Notes: generated by a model not told the origin, from the sequence alone. Shown: positions 47,708-59,268, counted from the stretch's first letter. The stretch is DNA of 64,000 nucleotides from Lysobacteraceae bacterium (GCA_028868545.1 JAGWUF010000001.1:26204-90203); one strand, 5' to 3'. Numbers and translations are program-made.

Positions 47708-48174
47708 CCGAATCCACCGCCCCCGTGACCCTGCCGGTCACCAGCGCCGAAATCGAGCAATTGCTGCCGCACCGCTACCCGTTCCTGCTGGTGGATCGCG
47801 TGGTCGAATTCGAAAAGGACAAACGCGTGCTGGCGTACAAGAACGTCAGCTGCAACGAGCCCTTCTTCACCGGCCACTTCCCCGGCAACCCGGTGATGCC
47901 GGGCGTGCTGGTGGTGGAAGCACTGGCCCAGGCCGGCGGCCTGCTCACCCAGCTCTCGCGCGATCCGGGCATCGGCGAAGGCCAGGTGTTCTATCTGGTG
48001 AAGGTGGACAACGCCAAGTTCAGCCGCATGGTGATCCCGGGTGACCGGCTGGAACTTGATGTGGAATTGAAGCGCCGCATCCGCAACATGGCGCAGTACG
48101 TGGGCGTGGCACGGGTGGATGGCGAGCAGGTCGCCTGCGCCGAAATCCTGTGCGCGGCGGCGGCCCGCCAATGA
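47704..48174 (+). CDS. fabZ: 3-hydroxyacyl-ACP dehydratase
   Basis: [24 protein letters not shown] and MPGVL..EALAQ motifs. Confidence 0.97.
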   Translation: MTESTAPVTLPVTSAEIEQLLPHRYPFLLVDRVVEFEKDKRVLAYKNVSCNEPFFTGHFPGNPVMPGVLVVEALAQAGGLLTQLSRDPGIGEGQVFYLVKVDNAKFSRMVIPGDRLELDVELKRRIRNMAQYVGVARVDGEQVACAEILCAAAARQ

Positions 48175-48962
48175 GCGACGGCGCGCCGCTGATCCACCCG
48201 ACCGCGGTGATCCACCCGCAGGCGCGGCTGGGCACGGGCGTGCAGGTGGGTGCGTATGCGGTGATCGGCGCGGAGGTGGTGATCGGCGACAACACCCGCA
48301 TCGGCCCGCATTGCGTGGTCGACGGCCCCACCACCATCGGGTGCGACAACGTGTTCCATGGCCAGGCGGCGGTGGGTACCGCACCGCAGGACAAGAAATA
48401 CCGCGGCGAGCGGGTCGAGCTGGTGATCGGCGACGGCAACCAGGTGCGCGAATTCGTCACCATCAATCGCGGCACCGGCGACGGCGGCGGCATCACCCGC
48501 GTGGGTGACCGCAACTGGATCCTGGCCTATACCCACATCGCCCACGACTGCAGCGTCGGCAGCGACTGCGTGTTTTCCAACAACGCCACCCTGGCCGGAC
48601 ACGTGACGGTGGGCAACTTCGTCATCATCAGCGGCTTCGCCGGCATTCACCAGTTCTGCCGGATCGGCGATTACGCCTTCATCGGCATGGGCGCGTTCGT
48701 CAATGGCGACGTGCCGCCGTACCTGATGGTGGCGCAGGAAAAATATGCGCGTCCGCGCGGCATCAATGCCGAAGGCCTGAAACGGCGCGGCTTCGACGCC
48801 AGCCGCGTGGCCGCGATCAAGCGCGCCTACCGGGCGCTGTACATGGGCGAGGCGAAATTGGACGAGGCCAAGACGGAGCTGGCCGAGATCGCCGGCAGCA
48901 GCCTGGATGTGCGTGCATTCTTGGACTTCATCGAGGCCGGCGAGCGGCCGTTGCTGCGGTGA
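48171..48962 (+). CDS. lpxA: UDP-N-acetylglucosamine acyltransferase
   Basis: [34 protein letters not shown] and HQFCRIG motifs. Confidence 0.97.
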   Translation: MSDGAPLIHPTAVIHPQARLGTGVQVGAYAVIGAEVVIGDNTRIGPHCVVDGPTTIGCDNVFHGQAAVGTAPQDKKYRGERVELVIGDGNQVREFVTINRGTGDGGGITRVGDRNWILAYTHIAHDCSVGSDCVFSNNATLAGHVTVGNFVIISGFAGIHQFCRIGDYAFIGMGAFVNGDVPPYLMVAQEKYARPRGINAEGLKRRGFDASRVAAIKRAYRALYMGEAKLDEAKTELAEIAGSSLDVRAFLDFIEAGERPLLR

Positions 48963-49013
48963 TTTCCAGTGTGGTTGCCGCCTGCACGGCCCGACTTGTC
49001 CGCGAGATGCAAC

Positions 49014-50156
49014 ATGACGGTTCGCATCGCCCTTTGCGCCGGCGAAACCTCCGGCGACCAGCTGGGTGCCGGCCTGATCGAAGCCCTGCGCGAGCGCTTC
49101 CCCGACGCGCAGTTCGCCGGCATCGGCGGTGATGCCATGCGTGTGGCGGGCATGGAGACCTGGTGCGATGCCAGCGAACTGGCGGTGATGGGCCTGGTGG
49201 AAGTACTCAAGCATTTGCCGCGCCTGCTCAAGCTGCGCAAGGCCTTCCGCCAGCGCGTGCTGGACTGGAAACCCGATGTCTTCATCGGCATCGACGCGCC
49301 CGACTTCAACCTCGGTGTGGAACGCTGGCTGAAACGGCGCGGCGTGCGCACCGTCCACGATGTCAGCCCCTCGATCTGGGCCTGGCGCGAGAATCGTGCG
49401 CTGAAGATCGGCGCAAGCACCGACCGCGTGCTCTGCCTGTTCCCGATGGAGCCGCCGATCTACGCCCGGCACGGGGTCGATGCCGCCTTCATCGGCCACC
49501 CGCTGGCCGATGCGATCCCGCTGCATCCCGATCGCGCTGCCGCGCGCGCCGCTCTCGGCGAGTCCAGCGACGCGCCGATCCTGGCGCTGCTGCCCGGCAG
49601 CCGGCTGGGCGAAATCCGCGGCATGCTGCCCGACTTTGCCGAAGCCGCGCGCCGGCTGGCCGCGGATGTTCCCGGCCTGCGCGTGCTGGTGCCGGCGGCG
49701 AATGCGCAGTGCCGTGCCGCCATTGACGCCATCCTCGGCGATGCGCCGGTATTCCGCGTCATCGACGGACAAGCGCAGCAGATCATGATCGCCAGCGACG
49801 TGGTGCTGCTGGCCTCTGGCACCGCCGCGCTGGAGGCGATGCTGTGCAAGCGGCCGATGGTGGTGGGCCACCGCATCGCGCCGCTGACCTACCGCATCGT
49901 CAAACTGTTCGGCCTGCTGAAATCCCGTTTCGTCAGCCTGCCCAACGTGCTGGCCGATGAAGCGCTGATTCCCGAGCTGCTGCAGGACGACTGCACGCCG
50001 GCCAACCTGCACGCCGCGCTGCTGCACTGGTTCCGCAATGCCGATGCGGTGGCCGCGCTGCAACCGCGCTTCCATGCCATCCACGCCATGCTGCGGCGCG
50101 ACGCCTCGCGGCGTGCGGCCGATGCCATCGCCGAATTGTTGCCGCCATGCACCTGA
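49014..50156 (+). CDS. lpxB: Lipid-A-disaccharide synthase
   Basis: [39 protein letters not shown] and LPNVL motifs. Confidence 0.96.
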   Translation: MTVRIALCAGETSGDQLGAGLIEALRERFPDAQFAGIGGDAMRVAGMETWCDASELAVMGLVEVLKHLPRLLKLRKAFRQRVLDWKPDVFIGIDAPDFNLGVERWLKRRGVRTVHDVSPSIWAWRENRALKIGASTDRVLCLFPMEPPIYARHGVDAAFIGHPLADAIPLHPDRAAARAALGESSDAPILALLPGSRLGEIRGMLPDFAEAARRLAADVPGLRVLVPAANAQCRAAIDAILGDAPVFRVIDGQAQQIMIASDVVLLASGTAALEAMLCKRPMVVGHRIAPLTYRIVKLFGLLKSRFVSLPNVLADEALIPELLQDDCTPANLHAALLHWFRNADAVAALQPRFHAIHAMLRRDASRRAADAIAELLPPCT

Positions 50157-50755
50157 TCGCCGGCGTCGACGAAGCCGGACGCGGGCCGCTGGCCGGGCCG
50201 GTGGTGGTGGCCGCGGTGATCCTCGACCCGGCGCGACCGATCAGCGGGTTGGACGATTCCAAGAAGCTCAGCGAGAAAAAGCGCGATGCGCTGTATCCGC
50301 TGATCATCGAACGCGCGCTGGCCTGGCATATCGAATTCGTCGAAGCCGACGAGATCGACCGCCTCAACATCCTGCAGGCCACCCTGGCCGGCATGCGGCG
50401 GTCGCTGCACGGCCTTGCAGTCGCGCCCGCGCACGCGCTGATCGACGGCAACCGCCTGCCCGACGGCCTGCCCTGCCCGGCCACCGCGATCATCGGCGGG
50501 GACGCCAGCGCGCCGGCGATTTCCGCCGCTTCGATCCTCGCCAAGGTCGCCCGCGACGCGCGCATGCGCGAGCTGCATGCACAGCATCCGCAGTACGGCT
50601 TCGACCGCCACAAGGGTTATCCCAGCCCGCTGCACTTGGCCGCGCTGCAGGCACATGGCCCTTGCCCGCAGCATCGGCGCAGCTATGCGCCGGTTCAGCG
50701 CGCACTGCGTGAACAATTCAGGGAAGAACCGGCCCACCCCACTTCCGGCACGTGA
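50147..50755 (+). CDS. rnhB: Ribonuclease HII
   Basis: [35 protein letters not shown] and HKGY motifs. Confidence 0.97.
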   Translation: MHLIAGVDEAGRGPLAGPVVVAAVILDPARPISGLDDSKKLSEKKRDALYPLIIERALAWHIEFVEADEIDRLNILQATLAGMRRSLHGLAVAPAHALIDGNRLPDGLPCPATAIIGGDASAPAISAASILAKVARDARMRELHAQHPQYGFDRHKGYPSPLHLAALQAHGPCPQHRRSYAPVQRALREQFREEPAHPTSGT

Positions 50756-50871
50756 AACTCATTCGCGTGTGGCGTAGATTCGGCCTGCATTGACAGATGC
50801 GGCCGCGTGTACGGATCAGCCGACGCCGGCACGCCGCCTCCTTCCCGTCTGTCGGCTATGCGAGGTACGTC

Positions 50872-51507
50872 ATGCTCATGCGTACAGTCAAACATTCACC
50901 CACAGCGTTGCCATGGCAACGACATCCAGGCAAGAGCCTGCGTCGCCATGCCGGCAGCCACCTGCTCGACTCCGCAGAGGTGGCGCAATTCGACCGGCTG
51001 GTGCACCAGATCCACCCGCAGGCGCACCACGTCGACGCCGACCGCATCGCCACGCTGGCGCGCTGGCTGCTGGATCTTCCCGAGGCGCAGGCCGGCACCC
51101 TCCTCAACGAGCGCCTGGCCCGCATCGAGCTGCTGCGGGCAACGCTGGTGGATCCGGACTGGGCGCCTGGCCATGACAGCCGGGAGCCGATCGGCAAACT
51201 GCTGGCCTATATCGACCAGCGCGACGGCCAGGGCATGATCCCCGCCAGTATTCCGCTGCTGGGCCTGCTCGACGACGCGCTGCTGCTGGAACTGGCATGG
51301 CCTGCCCTGCAGGTTGAAGCCGAGGACTACCGCGACTTCTGCGACTACCGCGACGTTGCGCAGCCGCAGGGCGATGGTGCACAACGCCGCGACGCCTGGA
51401 TCCGCGAACGACTGGAGGCACTGGCGCTGTATCGGCACCACGCCCAAGTCAACGCCAGCCACTATGCCGACAGCGGACAGCCGCGCCAGTCGTTCAGGAT
51501 CAGCTGA
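50872..51507 (+). CDS. Hypothetical protein with a DUF1232/YkvA-like motif
   Basis: LLAYID....MIPASIPLLGLLDDALL resembles the IPD.IP..G.LDD signature; GAGG lies 6 nt before the ATG. Confidence 0.6.
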   Translation: MLMRTVKHSPTALPWQRHPGKSLRRHAGSHLLDSAEVAQFDRLVHQIHPQAHHVDADRIATLARWLLDLPEAQAGTLLNERLARIELLRATLVDPDWAPGHDSREPIGKLLAYIDQRDGQGMIPASIPLLGLLDDALLLELAWPALQVEAEDYRDFCDYRDVAQPQGDGAQRRDAWIRERLEALALYRHHAQVNASHYADSGQPRQSFRIS

Positions 51508-51608
51508 GCACACGCTTCCGCCTGTGCCGGGCATGGCCGCCGCGGTGTCAAGTCCTTGTTCGGAACACCGCTGCGGCCTAACCTGCCGGCTCAATCCACG
51601 GAAGCGCG

Positions 51609-54600
51609 ATGCCAGCTCGTTTCGTCCACCTGCACCTGCACACCGAGTTCTCGCTCGCGGATTCCACCATACGCGTGCCCGAGAAGCCGGACTATGCGCG
51701 CCCCGAAAAGGCCGGCGATCGGCCCAACCTGCTCAGCCGTGCGCTGGAGCTGCAGCTGCCGGCGCTGGCGGTGACCGACCGCAACAACCTGTTCGCGCTG
51801 GTCAAGTTCTACAAGGCGGCGGAAAGCGTGGGCATCAAGCCGATTGCGGGTGCCGACGTGCTGGTGGCCGACGGCGGCGACGCACCTTCGCAACTCACCC
51901 TGCTGTGCCGCGACCAGGACGGTTATCTCAGCCTGTCGCGCCTGCTCAGCCGCGCTTGGCTGGAAGGCCAGCGCGGCGACTGCGTGGCGATCGATCCGGA
52001 GTGGCTGCGCGACGACCACGCCGGCCTGTTCGCGATCGCCGGCCGCCAGAGCCTTGCCGGGCGGCTGGTGCAGGCCAATCGCCACGACGTGGCCGAAGCG
52101 CAGCTGGCGGAATGGCGGCGGGTGTTCGGCGACGACCTGCACCTGGAACTGACCCGCACCGGCCGCGACGGCGAGGAGGCGTTCAACCAGTTCGCCCTGC
52201 ACGCATCGTCCAAGCTCGGCCTGCCGGTGGTGGCCAGCAACGACGTGCGCTTCCTCGATGCCGCCGGCTTCGGCGCGCACGAGGCGCGGGTGTGCATCGC
52301 CAGCGGTCGCGTGCTCGATGATGCCCGCCGCCCGCGCGACTACAGTGCGCAGCAGTACCTGCGTTCGACCGAAGAGATGGTCGCGCTGTTCGCCGACGTG
52401 CCCGATGCGCTGGACAACACGGTGGCGCTGGCGCAGCGCTGCAACCTGCAGCTGAAGCTGGGCACCTACTTCCTGCCGGCCTATCCGGTGCCGTCCGCCG
52501 AGACGCTGGACAGCTGGATCCGCAGCGAGGCGCGCCGCGGCCTGGAAGCGCGGCTGCAGAAGAATCCATTGGCGCCCGGCAAGACCCGCGAGGACTACGC
52601 CGCGCGGCTGGAATTCGAGCTGGACACCATCATCAAGATGGGCTTCCCCGGCTACTTCCTGATCGTGGCCGACTTCATCCAGTGGGGGAAAAATCAGGGC
52701 ATCCCGATCGGCCCCGGCCGCGGTTCCGGCGCCGGCTCGCTGGTGGCGTGGGCGCTGCAGATCACCGATCTCGACCCGCTGCCGTACAATCTGCTGTTCG
52801 AACGCTTCCTCAACCCGGAACGCGTGTCGATGCCCGACTTCGACATCGACTTCTGCATGGATCGGCGCGACGAAGTCATCGACTACGTCGCCCGCAAGTA
52901 CGGCCGCGACCGCGTCTCGCAGATCATCACCTACGGCACCATGGCCGCCAAGGCGGTGCTGCGCGACACCGGCCGCGTGCTCGGCTTCGGCTACGGCATG
53001 GTCGATGGCATCGCCAAACTCATTCCCAACATCCTCGGCATCGCGCTGAAGGATGCGCTGGGCCGGGGCAAGGGCGGGATGGACGGCGAGATGGCTTCGC
53101 CCGAGCTGATCCAGCGCTACGAAAGCGAAGACGACGTCCGCGACCTGATCGACCTGGCGCTGCAGTTGGAAGACCTCACCCGCAACGCCGGCAAGCACGC
53201 CGGCGGCGTGGTGATCGCGCCGACGCCGCTGTCGGATTTCTGCCCGCTGTACGCCGAACACGACCACGGCACGCTGGGCAAGAACCCGGTCACCCAGTTC
53301 GACAAGGACGACGTGGAAGCGGTGGGGCTGGTGAAGTTCGACTTCCTCGGCCTGCGCACGCTGACCATCATCGACTGGGCGGTGAAGGCGATCAACAAGA
53401 GGCTCTTCCTTCTCCCCGCAAGCGGGGAGAAGGTGCCCGAAGGGCGGATGAGGGGCGTCGTGGACGGCAAACTCGACATCGCCGCAATCCCGCTCGACGA
53501 CGCCTCCGTCTATCGCAACGTGTTCGCCAACGGCAATACCGGCTCGGTGTTCCAGTTCGAATCCTCCGGCATGCGGCGCGCGCTGAAGGACGCGAAACCC
53601 GACCGCTTCGAGGATCTGATTGCGCTGAACGCGCTCTATCGCCCCGGCCCGATGGAGATGATCCCCTCGTTCGTGGCGCGCAAACACGGCAAGGAGCACT
53701 TCCACTACCCCGACCCGCGCACCAAGGACATGCTGCAAGAGACCTACGGCATCATGGTCTACCAGGAGCAGGTCATGCAGATGGCGCAGATCGTCGGCGG
53801 CTACTCGCTGGGCGGCGCCGACCTGCTGCGCCGCGCGATGGGCAAGAAGGTGCCGGCCGAAATGGCCAAGCACCGCGAGATTTTCCGCGAGGGCGCGGCC
53901 AAGGGCGGGGTCAGCGCGGCCAAGGCCGACGAGATCTTCGACCTGATGGAGAAGTTCGCCGGCTACGGCTTCAACAAGTCGCACGCGGCCGCTTATTCGC
54001 TGGTGGCCTACCAGACTGCGTGGCTGAAGCAGCACTACCCGGCCGAATTCATGGCCGCCACCTTGTCCTCCGACATGGACAAGACCGAAAAGGTGGTCGG
54101 CTTCCTCGACGAAGCCCGCGGCCTCGGTCTGACCGTGCTGCCGCCGGACGTGAACGCCTCCGGCTACATGTTCGAGGCCACCACCCCGGACACCATTCGC
54201 TATGGCCTCGGCGCGGTGAAGGGCGTCGGCCAGGGCGTGTGCGAGGCGATCGTGGTGGCCCGCGACGGCGCCGGCCCGTTCCGCGACCTGCTCGACTTCT
54301 GCCAGCGCGTCTCCGCCGCCGGCCTCAACAAGCGCACGCTGGAAGCGCTGATCCACGCCGGCGCGATGGACGCCCTCGCCATCAACCGCGCCTCGCTGGC
54401 GCTGCAACTGCCGGAGGCGATGAAAGCCACCGACCAGATGGCGAAGAACCGCGAAGCCGGCATGTTCGACATGTTCGGCGGTGGCGGCGGCGGCGACATC
54501 CGCGTGGATCTGCCGGAAACCACCGAGTGGCCGCTGGCGCAGCTGCTGCAGGGCGAACACGACACGCTGGGCCACTATCTCAGCGGCCACCCGATGGATC

Positions 54601-55226
54601 CCTGGCGCGACGACGTGATGAAACTGGTGGGGCATGACCTGTCGGCGATCCCCGGTATCTGGGAAAGCGGCGCGCGCGGCCATCGCCCGCAGGAAGGTCG
54701 CAGCTGGCGGCCGATGGTGCAGACCGTGCTGGCCGGCCAGGTGGTCGGCGTGCGCAAGCGCGGCGAGTCGCAGGCATTCGTGCAGCTGGAAGATGGCCGT
54801 GGCCGGATCGAATGCGGGTTCTTCAACGAGCAGTGGCAGGAATTCGCCCCGCTGCTGACCCGCGACCAGATCCTGGTGGTGGAGGGTGGCCTGCGCGAAG
54901 ACGAATTCAACGGCGGCTATTCGCTGCGCGTCAGTCGCTGCTGGAACTTCACCCAGTTGTGCAACCAGCAGGCGCAGCGCATTTCGATCCGCATCGACCT
55001 GCGCCACCCGCAGGCGCTGGGCCGGCTCGAGGACATCCTGAAAACCCGTGCCGGCCCCACCCCGGTGCTGCTGGAAGCCATCACCGCCACCGGCATCGGC
55101 CGGCTGACGATCAATGGCGGACGTGGCCTGCGGATGGACGACAGCCTGCCCGGCCTGCTGCGCAGCCTGCCCGGCATCAGCACCGTCAACGTGCAGTTGG
55201 CGCGGCCGTGGGCGACGGCGAACTGA
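51609..55226 (+). CDS. dnaE: DNA polymerase III alpha subunit, carrying an in-frame repeat insertion
   Basis: PHP HLHLHTEFSL, GPGRGSGAGS, RVSMPDFDID, KFDFLGL, YQEQVMQ and FNKSHAAAY motifs; C-terminal OB fold. Confidence 0.98.
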   Translation: MPARFVHLHLHTEFSLADSTIRVPEKPDYARPEKAGDRPNLLSRALELQLPALAVTDRNNLFALVKFYKAAESVGIKPIAGADVLVADGGDAPSQLTLLCRDQDGYLSLSRLLSRAWLEGQRGDCVAIDPEWLRDDHAGLFAIAGRQSLAGRLVQANRHDVAEAQLAEWRRVFGDDLHLELTRTGRDGEEAFNQFALHASSKLGLPVVASNDVRFLDAAGFGAHEARVCIASGRVLDDARRPRDYSAQQYLRSTEEMVALFADVPDALDNTVALAQRCNLQLKLGTYFLPAYPVPSAETLDSWIRSEARRGLEARLQKNPLAPGKTREDYAARLEFELDTIIKMGFPGYFLIVADFIQWGKNQGIPIGPGRGSGAGSLVAWALQITDLDPLPYNLLFERFLNPERVSMPDFDIDFCMDRRDEVIDYVARKYGRDRVSQIITYGTMAAKAVLRDTGRVLGFGYGMVDGIAKLIPNILGIALKDALGRGKGGMDGEMASPELIQRYESEDDVRDLIDLALQLEDLTRNAGKHAGGVVIAPTPLSDFCPLYAEHDHGTLGKNPVTQFDKDDVEAVGLVKFDFLGLRTLTIIDWAVKAINKRLFLLPASGEKVPEGRMRGVVDGKLDIAAIPLDDASVYRNVFANGNTGSVFQFESSGMRRALKDAKPDRFEDLIALNALYRPGPMEMIPSFVARKHGKEHFHYPDPRTKDMLQETYGIMVYQEQVMQMAQIVGGYSLGGADLLRRAMGKKVPAEMAKHREIFREGAAKGGVSAAKADEIFDLMEKFAGYGFNKSHAAAYSLVAYQTAWLKQHYPAEFMAATLSSDMDKTEKVVGFLDEARGLGLTVLPPDVNASGYMFEATTPDTIRYGLGAVKGVGQGVCEAIVVARDGAGPFRDLLDFCQRVSAAGLNKRTLEALIHAGAMDALAINRASLALQLPEAMKATDQMAKNREAGMFDMFGGGGGGDIRVDLPETTEWPLAQLLQGEHDTLGHYLSGHPMDPWRDDVMKLVGHDLSAIPGIWESGARGHRPQEGRSWRPMVQTVLAGQVVGVRKRGESQAFVQLEDGRGRIECGFFNEQWQEFAPLLTRDQILVVEGGLREDEFNGGYSLRVSRCWNFTQLCNQQAQRISIRIDLRHPQALGRLEDILKTRAGPTPVLLEAITATGIGRLTINGGRGLRMDDSLPGLLRSLPGISTVNVQLARPWATAN
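53406..53456 (+). repeat. 51-bp palindromic dispersed repeat inserted in frame within dnaE
   Basis: TTCCTTCTCCCCGC-AA-GCGGGGAGAAGG-TGCCC-GAA-GGGC-GGATGAGGGGC. It starts on a codon boundary and encodes FLLPASGEKVPEGRMRG (aa 600-616). It differs from 27192-27243 only in the two hairpin loops. Confidence 0.92.
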
Positions 55227-55283
55227 CCCCCCGTCGCCCCCTACGCCTCGGTACGGTGGCTCGGCTGCGCTAAACTTGACCGG

Positions 55284-56243
55284 ATGAATCCGAACTATCT
55301 CGACTTCGAGCAGCCCATCGCCGATCTGGAAAGCAAAATCCAGGAACTGCGACAGGCCAGCAACGGCCCGGCGCTCAACATCGACAAGGAAGTGCGGGCA
55401 CTGCAGGACAAGCTGCGCAAGCGCACCGCGCACATCTTCCGCGATCTCACCCCGTGGCAGGTGTCGCAGTTGTCGCGCCACCCGCAGCGGCCGTACACGC
55501 TGGATTACGTCAAGGTCATCTGCGACGAATTCCAGGAACTGGCCGGCGACCGCGCGTTCGCCAACGACCAGGCCATCGTCGGCGGCCTGGCCCGCATCGA
55601 CGGTCGCCCGGTGATGGTGATCGGCCACGAGAAAGGCCGCGACAACAAATCCAAGGTGCGCCGCAACTTCGGCATGCCCAAGCCCGAGGGCTACCGCAAG
55701 GCGCTGCGCCTGATGAAGCTGGCCGAACGCTTCGGCCTGCCCATCCTCACCTTCATCGACACCATGGGTGCGTGGCCCGGCATCGACGCCGAGGAACGCG
55801 GCCAGTCGGAGGCCATCGCCCGCAACCTGCTGGAAATGGCCGAACTGCGCGTCCCCATCGTGTGCACGGTGATCGGCGAAGGCGGCAGCGGCGGTGCACT
55901 GGCCATTGGTGTGGGCGACTGCACGATCATGCTGGAATACAGCACCTATTCGGTCATCACCCCGGAGGGCTGCGCCTCGATCCTGTGGCGCGATGCCGGC
56001 AAGGCCAAGGACGCCGCCGAGCAGCTGGGCATGACCGCGCGGCGCCTGCTGGGGCTGGGGCTGGTGGACAAGGTGGTGCGCGAGCCCACCGGCGGTGCGC
56101 ACCGCAACCCGGTGCAGATGGCCAAGCGCCTGAAAGCGGTGCTGCTGAACACCCTCGATACGCTGGATGCCATTCCCTCCGCCGACCTGCTGGAACGCCG
56201 CTACCGCCGTCTGCGCAGCTACGGCGCATACGAGGCGCACTGA
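55284..56243 (+). CDS. accA: Acetyl-CoA carboxylase carboxyltransferase alpha subunit
   Basis: [40 protein letters not shown] and [10 protein letters not shown] motifs. Confidence 0.97.
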   Translation: MNPNYLDFEQPIADLESKIQELRQASNGPALNIDKEVRALQDKLRKRTAHIFRDLTPWQVSQLSRHPQRPYTLDYVKVICDEFQELAGDRAFANDQAIVGGLARIDGRPVMVIGHEKGRDNKSKVRRNFGMPKPEGYRKALRLMKLAERFGLPILTFIDTMGAWPGIDAEERGQSEAIARNLLEMAELRVPIVCTVIGEGGSGGALAIGVGDCTIMLEYSTYSVITPEGCASILWRDAGKAKDAAEQLGMTARRLLGLGLVDKVVREPTGGAHRNPVQMAKRLKAVLLNTLDTLDAIPSADLLERRYRRLRSYGAYEAH

Positions 56244-56345
56244 TCGCAAACCGGCGATACCGCCACGCCGCATCCCTGCTGCACTGCACTTTCGGCTAAG
56301 GTGGCGCGGCGTGCAATCGGCGCGCCAATCCGTGGGGAGAGTTTG

Positions 56346-57080
56346 ATGATCAAACGACTCGGAGCCGAGTGCATCGGCACGTTCTGGCTGGTGCTGGGCG
56401 GTTGTGGCAGCGCGGTGCTGGCGGCGAAATTCGGCGGTGATGGCAACCCGCTCGGCATCGGCCTGCTCGGGGTGGCACTGGCCTTCGGTCTGACCGTGCT
56501 GACCGGCGCGTATGCCTTCGGCCACATTTCCGGCGCGCACTTCAACCCGGCGGTGAGCGTCGGCCTGTGGGCCGGCGGCCGCTTCCCGGGCCGCGACCTG
56601 CTGCCCTACGTCATCGCGCAAACCCTCGGTGCAATCTTTGCTGCGTGGATCCTGTACCAGATCGCCAGTGGCGCACCGGGTTTCAGCATCGATGCCAATG
56701 CTGCCGGCGCCTTCGCCAGCAACGGCTTCGGTGACCATTCCCCGGGCGGCTACAGCATCGCGGCAGTCTTCCTGTGCGAAGTGGTGATGACCGCGATGTT
56801 CCTGGTCATCATCATGGGGGCCACCCACAGCAATGCCCCGGCTGGCTTTGCGCCCATCGCGATTGGCCTGGGCCTGACCTTGATCCACCTGATCAGCATT
56901 CCGGTCAGCAACACCTCGGTGAACCCGGCACGCTCCACCGGCGTGGCGCTGATCGTCGGTGGCACACCGCTGTCGCAGGTCTGGCTGTTCTGGCTGGCCC
57001 CGATCCTGGGCGGCATGCTGGGCGGGGTGATCTACAAATGGCTGGGCCCGGAGCGGCCGGCTATTACCGGCAACGGTTGA
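56346..57080 (+). CDS. aqpZ: Aquaporin Z
   Basis: Two NPA boxes ([12 protein letters not shown]; SVNPARS); [17 protein letters not shown]; [10 protein letters not shown]. Confidence 0.95.
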   Translation: MIKRLGAECIGTFWLVLGGCGSAVLAAKFGGDGNPLGIGLLGVALAFGLTVLTGAYAFGHISGAHFNPAVSVGLWAGGRFPGRDLLPYVIAQTLGAIFAAWILYQIASGAPGFSIDANAAGAFASNGFGDHSPGGYSIAAVFLCEVVMTAMFLVIIMGATHSNAPAGFAPIAIGLGLTLIHLISIPVSNTSVNPARSTGVALIVGGTPLSQVWLFWLAPILGGMLGGVIYKWLGPERPAITGNG

Positions 57081-57093
57081 TCGCAGCAGATGA

Positions 57094-57126
57094 AACAAAG
57101 GCCGCGCAGTATGCGGCCTTTGTTTT
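57094..57126. terminator. Bidirectional terminator between aqpZ and rlmKL
   Basis: AACAAAGGCCGC-GCAGTAT-GCGGCCTTTGTTTT. Confidence 0.8.
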
Positions 57127-57134
57127 GCGTGGCA

Positions 57135-59264
57135 TCACCGCCGCGTCAGTCGCCACGCGCGGTGGATGCGGGCATTGCGGGCGAAATCCGGCGGAATGGT
57201 CGAAGCGCTGATGTCCTCGACCTGCGCGAATTCGGCCAGCGCGGCTTCGTCCAGCCGGAAGCGGCGGAAGTTGTTGCTGAAGTACAGCACGCCGCCCGGC
57301 GCCAGCCGCGCCACCGCCGCGCGCAGCAGGCGCACGTGGTCGCGCTGCACGTCGAAGTCGTCGGCGCGCTTGGAGTTGGAGAAGGTGGGCGGGTCGCAGA
57401 AAATCACGTCGTACTCGCCGCTGTCAGCTTCCAGCCATTTCAGCGCATCGGCCTGGGCAACGCGGTGGCGGGTGCCGCCAATCCCGTTGCCGCGCAGGTT
57501 GTCGGCCAGCCACTCCAGATACGTTGCCGACAGATCGACGCTGGTGGTCTGTGCGGCGCCCTGCACCGCCGCCTGCACGGTGGCCACGCCGGTGTAGCAG
57601 AACAGGTTGAGGAAACGCTTGCCGCGCGCCTCCAGCGCCATCTTCGCGCGCAGCGGGCGGTGATCGAGGAACAACCCCGTATCGAGGTAATCGAACAGGT
57701 TGACCTGCAGCTTCGCCGCGCCCTCCTCCACGGTGAGGAACTGGCCGCGATGGTCGAAATGTCCGTACTTGGAACCACCCTTGCCGGTGCTGCGGGTCTT
57801 CACCGCCACCCGTTCCTTGGGCACACCGAACACCTCGCGCACGCCCAGCAGCAGATCGCTCAGGCGCTTGCGGGTGGTGGCTTCCGGGATCTCGGCGGGC
57901 GCGGCGTATTCCTGCACGTGCAGCCAGGTTTCGCCGTCGACGGTGGTGTACACGTCCACCGCGCAGGCGTATTCGGGGATGTCGGCATCGTAGGCGCGGA
58001 AGCAGCCGATCTGTTCCTGCTGCCGCCAGCGCGCCAGCTTGTCGAGGTTCTTGCGCAGGCGGTTGGCGACCATCTGCGCGCCTTCCGGCAGCGCCCGCTT
58101 CTCGATGCCTTCGCGCTGCGGCGGCGCGATCGGATCCACCGCGATCAGGCTGCATTCGATCGCGCCGTTGAACAGCTGGTAGCTCTTCTTCGCGCGCAGC
58201 CCGGTGGCCCGGGCCAGTTCGCCGTCGCCGCACAGCAGCGCCGCGCGCCACTGCGGCGCCACCCGCTTGAGCGCATCGCCCAAGGCGCGGTACAGCGCCG
58301 GATCGGCGGCCAGCCGCGCGTCGTAGGGCGGGTTGCAGACCACCGCGCCGCGCGGGCCGGTCTGCACCGGCAATGCGGCCACGTCGCACACACTGAAATC
58401 GATGGCCTCCAGCACGCCCGCCTGTTCGGCATTCTCGCGGGCGGCGCGGATCGCGTGCGGGTCCAGGTCGCTGCCGTGGATGCAAGGCCGCAGCGCCGCC
58501 TGCCCGCGCTGCGCGCGCGCCTGCGCATCGTCCACCAGCGCGCGCCATGCCGCCGCATCGAAGCCCTGCCAGCGGGTGGGTGGCAGGCCAGCGTGGCGCA
58601 CCAGGCCGGGAGCCACATCGGCGGCCATCAGCGCGCCCTCGATCAGCAGGCTGCCGCTGCCGCACATCGGATCCAGCAGATCGCCGCCTTCGGCATAGAC
58701 CTGCGGCCAGCCGGCACGCAGCAGCACGGCGGCAGCCACGGTTTCCTTCAATGGTGCAACGCCCTGCACCTTGCGCCAGCCGCGCCGGTGCATCGGCCCG
58801 CCGGACAGGTCGATGGACAGGATCGCGCGGCCCTTGCGCAGCACCAGGCTGATGCGCACGTCGGGCGCGTCCAGATCCACGTCCGGCCGCTGGCCGCTGC
58901 TGGCGCGCAGGGTATCGACGATGGCGTCCTTGACCCGCTGCGCGGCGTAGCGGGCGTGGGTGATGGCCTCGCCGGAGACGTGGGCGTCGATGGCGATGCT
59001 GTGCATCGGGCCGACGTGCGCCGTCCAGTCGATCGCGGCGGCGCCGGCATACAGCGCGTGCTCGTCGGCGCAGTCGAACTCGGCGATGGGCCACAGGATG
59101 CGGCTGGCGAGGCGCGACCACAGCACCGCGCGCTGCGCGTCCGCCTGCGATCCTTCCACGTTGGCGCCGGCGATGGTGGCGGTGGCTTTCGCGCAGCCAA
59201 GGGCGACCAGCTCGTCGGCCAGCAGGTATTCCAGGCCCTTGCCGCAGGACGCGAAGAATTTCAT
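57135..59264 (-). CDS. rlmKL: Bifunctional 23S rRNA m2G2445/m7G2069 methyltransferase RlmKL
   Basis: THUMP domain; APLKET.AAA; DPMCGSG; CNPPY; second methyltransferase domain with [17 protein letters not shown] and [10 protein letters not shown]. Confidence 0.95.
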   Translation of the reverse strand: MKFFASCGKGLEYLLADELVALGCAKATATIAGANVEGSQADAQRAVLWSRLASRILWPIAEFDCADEHALYAGAAAIDWTAHVGPMHSIAIDAHVSGEAITHARYAAQRVKDAIVDTLRASSGQRPDVDLDAPDVRISLVLRKGRAILSIDLSGGPMHRRGWRKVQGVAPLKETVAAAVLLRAGWPQVYAEGGDLLDPMCGSGSLLIEGALMAADVAPGLVRHAGLPPTRWQGFDAAAWRALVDDAQARAQRGQAALRPCIHGSDLDPHAIRAARENAEQAGVLEAIDFSVCDVAALPVQTGPRGAVVCNPPYDARLAADPALYRALGDALKRVAPQWRAALLCGDGELARATGLRAKKSYQLFNGAIECSLIAVDPIAPPQREGIEKRALPEGAQMVANRLRKNLDKLARWRQQEQIGCFRAYDADIPEYACAVDVYTTVDGETWLHVQEYAAPAEIPEATTRKRLSDLLLGVREVFGVPKERVAVKTRSTGKGGSKYGHFDHRGQFLTVEEGAAKLQVNLFDYLDTGLFLDHRPLRAKMALEARGKRFLNLFCYTGVATVQAAVQGAAQTTSVDLSATYLEWLADNLRGNGIGGTRHRVAQADALKWLEADSGEYDVIFCDPPTFSNSKRADDFDVQRDHVRLLRAAVARLAPGGVLYFSNNFRRFRLDEAALAEFAQVEDISASTIPPDFARNARIHRAWRLTRR

Positions 59265-59268
59265 GGCG

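Noticed and set aside
53406-53456. Possible intein or group I/II intron in dnaE
   Set aside because: The insert is only 17 codons, with no N-terminal Cys/Ser or His-Asn splice motifs and no intron core. A dispersed DNA repeat explains it better.
51591-57098. 1835-aa minus-strand ORF
   Set aside because: It is the exact antisense of dnaE-accA-aqpZ. Long stop-free shadow frames are expected from GC3-biased codon usage, and it has no recognisable motifs.
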